DNA from: Euryarchaeota archaeon UBA549
Lineage (GTDB): Archaea; Thermoplasmatota; Poseidoniia; Poseidoniales; Poseidoniaceae
DNA: 49,476 nt
Direction of reading: 5' to 3'
NCBI GenBank assembly: GCA_002495645.1
Contig: DAGF01000091.1
Span: forward strand, 1-49,476
Shown: positions 46,201-49,476 of the stretch, piece after piece
Numbering within the stretch: the first letter of the stretch is position 1
How the letters are laid out: every line of letters begins with the position of its first letter
Notes under the pieces: model-generated
Told to the model about the DNA's origin: nothing
Database searches by the model: none
What the model saw: only the letters and a program-made list of their open reading frames with translations
Translations under genes and position numbers: made by a program

Positions 46201-49200
46201 AGCAGCGGATTGGTAGCCCGTGGACTGCTCACCGACACGAAGTGTCGTGGCGTTTTCATGGGTGTCATCGGAGCCCGAACCGTTCTCGATGACATAGGTG
46301 TCAACCAAGTGAGGCGTATTCAAGTGGGGAAGTGCGCCATGGTGTCGCAGTTCAACGGAAGCCTTGGTGGAATTGAAGACCACCGTGTTCAAGTCAGGAA
46401 GTTGGAAATGATAGGACGACGACCAGTTTCCAATTTGGTTGGTCGCTGATACGGCACGTACCCGCCAATACCATGTTTTCCCATCGTCAAGGTCGGACTG
46501 CAACGTAAAGGAGGTGTTGGTCACATCAAAACCTGCATCGTTCCAAGAGGTGTAGGTGAGGCTGTTGACCGATGAGAAGTCACTTTGGGTGTCGAGTTGG
46601 ACGATGTAGCCGGCCAGCGCCATTGAACCAGCGAAGTTCCAAACCAGTTCGGGTTGGGCGATGGGCGTCAAATCAACGCCGGCTCCGATGGACCACGAAC
46701 CGTTGAGTGGGAGGGATGGCGCTGGGTCGGAGGGCAAAGCATCCGAACCAGGGACGTAAACAAAGGAGAGTTCAGGGCGATTCGCCATGGAATCTTCGGC
46801 CGTGCTGAAATAAGCGGTTCGAGCGCCGCCGGAACCTGCACCCAACATGCCTGCGATGAAGTCCACTCGGCGGTCTTCGCGCATGGCGTTTTGAACCGCA
46901 AGAGTGACGTTCCATTCCACGCTGTCTCCTTCAAAGAAGGAGTTGCCCACGCTCACGCTGTCCAGAAGAGAGCCACGTTCGGCACCCTTTGCACCGGCGG
47001 TGTCCCACGCGTTGGAACCGTCATAACTTGCCCACGTGGCGTCCTCGGCGTTCCAATCGTGTTCACTGCTCTCCCAAACGGCGATGGTCGGGCTGCCAAA
47101 GGTCGTGGATGTCAAGGTCATTGACAAGTGGGCAGATTCCACAGCGTAGCCGTTGGGCAACAAATTGGACACGAGGTTACATCCCAGAAGGGCGGTGATT
47201 TCGCCGCCCGACGGGTTGTAATCAATGGTCATCTCCGAGTCGCCGTCAAAGTTGTCGGTTGATGCAGCGCTGTCGATGTAGGTGTCCATGCAGGCAGGGT
47301 ATTGATTGTCTTGCGAACCGTTGCCGTGCTTCATTCTGAACTCGTGGCGGTCGCCACCCAACCATGTGCTTTCGGCGGAGGAAACGAGGAAACTGGAGCT
47401 GACCCATTCACCGTAGTGGTCGTCGCTGTCCACTGTGGCCATGCGCCAGAAGTACATGTTGCCGACTTCGAGGGTCTTGGCCCCGGTCATCGGAAGGGTG
47501 CCGTCGGAGGGACTGAAATCGCTGTCAACACGGGTGTCAACGCGCAATTCACGCAGACGGAAGTCCTCGTCGGTGGCCAGTTCAAACAGGATGTCATCGC
47601 CGGTGGAAGGGCTCGTCCAATTCAACGATGGCTGCGTGTTGCCGGAGAGGTTGTGGCCGGTTTGATTCCAAATGGCCAAGCCCTCGGCAGGTGCGGTCAG
47701 GTTGACCGAAGTGGGCGGCGTGCCGCTGCCCCACTCGTAGGTGAGCGAGAACGACGGGGTATCGCTGGGGTTCGAGGCTTCAGCCGAATGGAATTGAATC
47801 CCTTCACCGTTGGTGTAGGATTCGTACTTACCACGGACCGCAATCAGCATGTCCAACGGTGCATCGTCGCCCCCATCAAGGTAGTTTTGGACCGCGTGGT
47901 CGAGGTCGAAGGTAAAGCTGGAACTGGTTTGATTGCCGTCAGCGAGAGCGAAGGCAGCCGTGCCGTTAGAACGACCCCCATCGTACCAAGAGAAGCCGTT
48001 GGTGGACATCCGGTTCCAGGTGATGCCGTCCTCGGTCCAAAGGCCAGATTCTTCCATACCGTGAATCGAGATCATCGGGTCGCCGGTGTAGGAGGAGCGC
48101 GTCAACTTCATCTCAGCGTTCACGATGGTCAAGTTGTCGTGCAGTCCGAGTTGATTCAACGAGGCCCTGAAGTGAATCAAGCGTTCTTTGCTTGACGTCA
48201 TGCTGGCCTCGAGGGTGGAGGCGTCGCCGTACGTGATCGTTTTGCTGGTCTCACTGACGGTGGCGTCCTGAAGGAAATTCGATTCCAGACCGGTATCGGT
48301 GGGGCCGAAGGTCATGGTGGCGGTGCCGTCCCCGTTATCCACCACATTGTGCGTTGGGAGCATGAAACTGGTGCTGTCCCAAGGACCCCACTGGTCGTTG
48401 CTGTCAACGGCTCGAATGCGCATGTGCATCGTGGTTCCGTTCACCAAGGCGAGGGAAGAAGGGAGGTCATAAGCGCCGGATGTGCCCGTTGAAGCGAAGG
48501 TGGACCACAACGTCGAGAAGTGCCATGCTTCGTCGCTTTCAGAGCGCCAATCGGCGTCGTTGCTCAATTGAATCTCAACGTCCGTTCCGGTGTTCTGGTC
48601 GTAGGAGAGGGTTGGCGTGGTGACGGCTTGGAGCAGGAAATCCGCTTTCATCCAAGGCGCACCGTCCTCCACAGGAAGGTCGGTGGAAACGGTTGCACCG
48701 CTGGTCGCAGCGGTGTTGTTCGTGGTGTCCATCGTGAGTTGAGGGCGGTTGGAGGCGCTCAGTGCTTCGGACATGCCGCAATCATAACTGGCACCAAACG
48801 ACGAGACGACAAGCGAGAGGTTGCCCGCGTTGCTCTTCGCAGCATCCTGCGCCAGAGCGGTGACGTTCAGGGTCAAGGTTCCGTTGCCCGTTAGCGTGGT
48901 GGGAGGCTCCCATTCGCCACGGTCAGCTGCGCCTTCAGCACCTGCCGTCGACCACAGTTGGCCGTTGTCATAGGCCACCCAAGAGGCGTGCGAACCGTTC
49001 CACAAACGATCCATTGTTGCCACATAGGCCGTCAATTCGGCAGGCCCAAGAACATCGGTTGTGCACTGCAGAGCAACGCTGGCCTCGTGAACCGTGTCGC
49101 TTGATGTGAAGTTCATCGGGAATCGAAGCAACAATCTGGACGCTTGGCCAACACCGTCAGCAAGGGTCCCTGAGACCGAGGTGTTGAAGGTCGACGACGG

Positions 49201-49395
49201 AGAGGCGGCCGAGATGTAGGTATCAGCGTTCGCTGAATGGTAGGAAACGGCCCGCTGCACGGTGTTTTCATCTTCCAACTCAGACCAACCTTCCATGGTT
49301 TGAGGCAGGGAAAGGTCAGCGAAGATAAACATCAAAACGAGCAAAAGCGCGGTGGCTTGGGGACGAAGGATTCGTACGCTACGCATGGGACTCAT
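40207..49395 (-). CDS. giant (3062 aa) surface protein G: signal peptide, 7 x (CBM/DNRLRE-like + FN3-like) super-repeat, about 8 Big_2-like Ig domains, TM, acidic and Pro-rich tail with WW-like C-terminus
   Basis: Single uninterrupted ORF. N-terminus MSPMRSVRILRPQATALLLVLMFIFADL, with an alternative ATG at 49386. See the repeat features below. TM LYYVGAGLLALVAIVLLVLGVMFM followed by R. 107-aa tail. Confidence 0.9.
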   Translation of the reverse strand: MSPMRSVRILRPQATALLLVLMFIFADLSLPQTMEGWSELEDENTVQRAVSYHSANADTYISAASPSSTFNTSVSGTLADGVGQASRLLLRFPMNFTSSDTVHEASVALQCTTDVLGPAELTAYVATMDRLWNGSHASWVAYDNGQLWSTAGAEGAADRGEWEPPTTLTGNGTLTLNVTALAQDAAKSNAGNLSLVVSSFGASYDCGMSEALSASNRPQLTMDTTNNTAATSGATVSTDLPVEDGAPWMKADFLLQAVTTPTLSYDQNTGTDVEIQLSNDADWRSESDEAWHFSTLWSTFASTGTSGAYDLPSSLALVNGTTMHMRIRAVDSNDQWGPWDSTSFMLPTHNVVDNGDGTATMTFGPTDTGLESNFLQDATVSETSKTITYGDASTLEASMTSSKERLIHFRASLNQLGLHDNLTIVNAEMKLTRSSYTGDPMISIHGMEESGLWTEDGITWNRMSTNGFSWYDGGRSNGTAAFALADGNQTSSSFTFDLDHAVQNYLDGGDDAPLDMLIAVRGKYESYTNGEGIQFHSAEASNPSDTPSFSLTYEWGSGTPPTSVNLTAPAEGLAIWNQTGHNLSGNTQPSLNWTSPSTGDDILFELATDEDFRLRELRVDTRVDSDFSPSDGTLPMTGAKTLEVGNMYFWRMATVDSDDHYGEWVSSSFLVSSAESTWLGGDRHEFRMKHGNGSQDNQYPACMDTYIDSAASTDNFDGDSEMTIDYNPSGGEITALLGCNLVSNLLPNGYAVESAHLSMTLTSTTFGSPTIAVWESSEHDWNAEDATWASYDGSNAWDTAGAKGAERGSLLDSVSVGNSFFEGDSVEWNVTLAVQNAMREDRRVDFIAGMLGAGSGGARTAYFSTAEDSMANRPELSFVYVPGSDALPSDPAPSLPLNGSWSIGAGVDLTPIAQPELVWNFAGSMALAGYIVQLDTQSDFSSVNSLTYTSWNDAGFDVTNTSFTLQSDLDDGKTWYWRVRAVSATNQIGNWSSSYHFQLPDLNTVVFNSTKASVELRHHGALPHLNTPHLVDTYVIENGSGSDDTHENATTLRVGEQSTGYQSAALIRIPLAEVPQPSGARVTGAELSLFAEYGSPEDEPVAIRPVLQPWTTSANATTYDGTNTWSERGGRDIGVDVGSYVDLVDSVEDDWMDFDVTEAVQGALANSQNFVSLMVYTSSQTTDEIIFTSTEGSASERPYLTLTWEDGTVATPTVSGVNSAPTSGSIVWDAASHALQADRSPTFSWTYSGATAVSDWRVFIQTDANDDMAGLFTYDSRTTPSDFDTTNLTFTPSSDLTFAQEIRWMVQPINNGMLGPRSASTSFYLPNDVGQEINSTHANLSIQEGSIVASLSYPSVTQDTYLDTGSIYTNRGSSSSLYVGRSQVSTSNPNLRSMSLMNMNFSALPMPGTYEVVNASLEFTVVNAYQSTLIAVSEMTSQWSESSVYAYPAGNTSSWAQTGGFTIRDSDIPFNAAQWVNETGTAAFNVTAYVQHALKNNMAELDIVLFPVELETGVDGRVQFASSEASNIDVRPRLNLTYRIVEAWVPSQPTGLTPLDGITLWNTSTPRPSGLNSTDFTFNLTYSNHTQIAACGGGDPLFLNEEITTCWTHDEIMAGLYGNDTFDFLNNTYSNTNLSKGDFWIYWRVRADQGDRIGEWSSVNKYRVPEDQGSDDGNGNHTLNLSRGSIFDYTGQLPMVEDVEIDSNATVNRGGSNTMVLGVNGLGTGQSRILMEFDLSNIPWPSAMTPTQMMLRMYQPGVSGTSSTTIAAYACSGFTESSVVWATAPTCSTTEITRSTLTLNNPFGWVEWDLTSLAQSNIANGNTTMTFMLAMIGSTGSSHSFYSSEHSDDAYHPHLVLDYVDNVNGIVPPGQPMLTSPADGQVLYAEADGLLTPSTQPVLTWTPVSGATGYIVTIANESGVYKFRSWEDSEITNTTFRFSDNLTEGQLFSWWVQGVNQSIPGPSSSRWSFAVGDPDHTFNNDYTYTYRFQTGSEIAAFGHTNVQDTAVYSEYANTNFAGEQTISAGTFCGTLYGDECRINVALNAGQVPFAQYQQVHSASLGMYVESWTSVQGATSVAFNVHPITNANWGAASATWNGTTAGGTWGAPGMQAGVDYGDAVSTTVVNVDTTGWVWFDVSTAGMTISNQQAWVIIGTPNNNGYAHATFYSGTATNVNYRPQILFNTTNITSVAISSSGGTTTTDADTAVNFNSVAYDHLSMVQSPPMTWSSSSGNIGSNGLFTPNTAGVTTITSCFGLVCGHQNITVTPGAATELVVTPLSATITADETLTITANMVDQHGNMVPGEPITYTPTNGSMSAVVPNIFQPYAVGSHVVRVAHNVPSGEFVDVAVTVEAGVPSYFVLGGCEGTVPAGVWCDISIDLYDQFGNALDIADAGDLTWSTTNGNYSEIDQKYFPDHVGVWWLNLTSASGAMDELQITVGHGAIDYLELNASSTSITADDRVYINTTRVDVRGNRLTVVLPADNWTKTSDGQLTPGAPATWDPVKTGSKILEARYETELTQIVIDVSRGQTQTLRITVDDEIATWQHFDITADDTLEAKIFAIDAKGNQWAVPESNWSLDHPTISDASNFLEVLTGDATTFTPYYASDLPYTLTATYSDENTDLSVSINITVDHGMLNTVTIEAVANDPLRSTGALIEVTSDFAVDFTSELFDTDNNRISSDELTWLEVNVATGDVQDITTQLLLDGMRWEATTVGEWRIDAYSISGTGFNISDSVSITVLHGEAVTVAADLSTTSPTAGDRVDIQVTGTDADGNQFPQDVEWTEDGASVPTLSIITSSEGTYTYDAEVAGVHTLQYSVGGAVSTAEITVSAQNTVARLEVNLSTDSLEQLASLEVAIRAFDAFDNEIPVPGSVQVESTGRGTSSMTSSDLWTVTTLDDGPQTITVSVGAVRVNEEITVIGNFQGFFEAGGTLYYVGAGLLALVAIVLLVLGVMFMRNSGGSDDWDDDDYDDDDDDERPSGPTGPAPGPTGPAPGPTGPAPGPSGPAPGPSGPPPEEAPAEDEEVEEELETTFDEDGVEWWEDEDGTWWYRNPGEEEWQEYTD
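40361..40465 (-). repeat. five imperfect 21-nt tandem repeats encoding (GPTGPAP)x5
   Basis: Plus-strand units: ggaccagatggaccgggtgca / ggaccggatggaccgggagcg / gggccggttgggccgggagca / ggacctgttggacctggcgca / gggccggttggaccggagggg. They encode PSGPTGPAPGPTGPAPGPTGPAPGPSGPAPGPSGPPP in the cytoplasmic tail of protein G. Confidence 0.85.
42847..49257 (-). repeat. seven-fold coding super-repeat of about 327 aa (about 980 nt) in protein G
   Basis: Module starts are at about aa 47, 375, 700, 1028, 1355, 1693 and 2000. Each module ends with an RP.L-type strand: SNRPQLTMD, SDTPSFSLTYEW, ANRPELSFVYV, SERPYLTLTWE, DVRPRLNLTYRI, AYHPHLVLDYV, NYRPQILFNT. In five of the seven units an FN3-like module with an aromatic W..V/A strand follows (YFWRMATVD, WYWRVRAVS, IRWMVQPIN, IYWRVRADQ, FSWWVQGVN); MHMRIRAVD after unit 1 may be a diverged copy. 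Confidence 0.75.
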
Positions 49396-49412
49396 CCCTT
49401 ACACCACTCCCC

Positions 49413-49418
49413 ATTATA
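49413..49418 (-). promoter_or_regulatory. TATA-like element (TATAAT on the minus strand) upstream of giant protein G
   Basis: Plus strand reads ccATTATAgg. It lies 18-23 nt upstream of the ATG at 49395 and 27-32 nt upstream of the second ATG at 49386. The second start would therefore fit a leaderless transcript better. Confidence 0.35.
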
Positions 49419-49476
49419 GGGACTTTTCCCTCTTACGGATTGCGAGGCCCAAATCATATCACTGAATTTCAAGAGG

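Noticed and set aside
1-49476. Search for CRISPR arrays, transposases, integrases, IS inverted repeats, rRNA and tRNA genes
   Set aside because: No regularly spaced direct repeats, no recombinase, transposase or RT-like ORFs, and no rRNA- or tRNA-like sequences were seen by eye. The repeats present are all coding (TSP3 array, heptad tract, protein super-repeat).

Overview
Dense, GC-rich archaeal chromosomal segment with about 35 genes, and no rRNA, tRNA, CRISPR or mobile element that I could find. Archaeal origin is supported by transcription factor B, ribosomal protein L40e, membrane-bound LonB protease, an archaeal-type AspRS, UPF0147, an A24 prepilin/preflagellin peptidase, and TATA-box promoters 22-40 nt upstream of start codons. 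The gene content resembles planktonic Thermoplasmatota such as Marine Group II (Poseidoniales), but that is an inference I have not verified. There are three themes. (1) Housekeeping genes: purA, tfb, rpl40e, lonB, trmI, aspS, panB. (2) Five very large type-I membrane-anchored surface proteins (1161, about 1333, about 992, 867 and 3062 aa) occupy roughly 40% of the window. They are built from CARDB-, cadherin-, FN3-, Big_2- and CBM-like modules. Two of them carry SGNH/GDSL esterase domains, and one carries an extracellular CGHC thioredoxin-like module. All five end in one TM helix plus an unusually long (78-126 aa) cytoplasmic tail. The tails carry an acidic or proline-rich tract, and all but one end in a Trp-rich motif; the fifth ends in a zinc ribbon. 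A CPBP intramembrane protease gene overlaps the 3' end of one of them. This tail architecture matches no archaeal sorting signal I know of, and it is my best candidate for an undescribed system. (3) A catabolic island at 24.6-37.1 kb contains a translationally coupled LigB-family extradiol dioxygenase pair resembling 2-aminophenol dioxygenase AmnB/AmnA, with the alpha-like subunit fused to a RidA/YjgF deaminase domain. It also contains a tightly overlapping operon of a luciferase-like monooxygenase, an asparaginase-II-family protein and a muconic-semialdehyde-type ALDH, plus an alpha/beta hydrolase, an SDR and an APC permease. The ORF track uses GTG/TTG as well as ATG starts, so several starts were moved to downstream ATGs that give canonical N-termini. 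One real gene, rpl40e (49 aa), is absent from the track. All family assignments rest on motifs read by eye; no searches were run.
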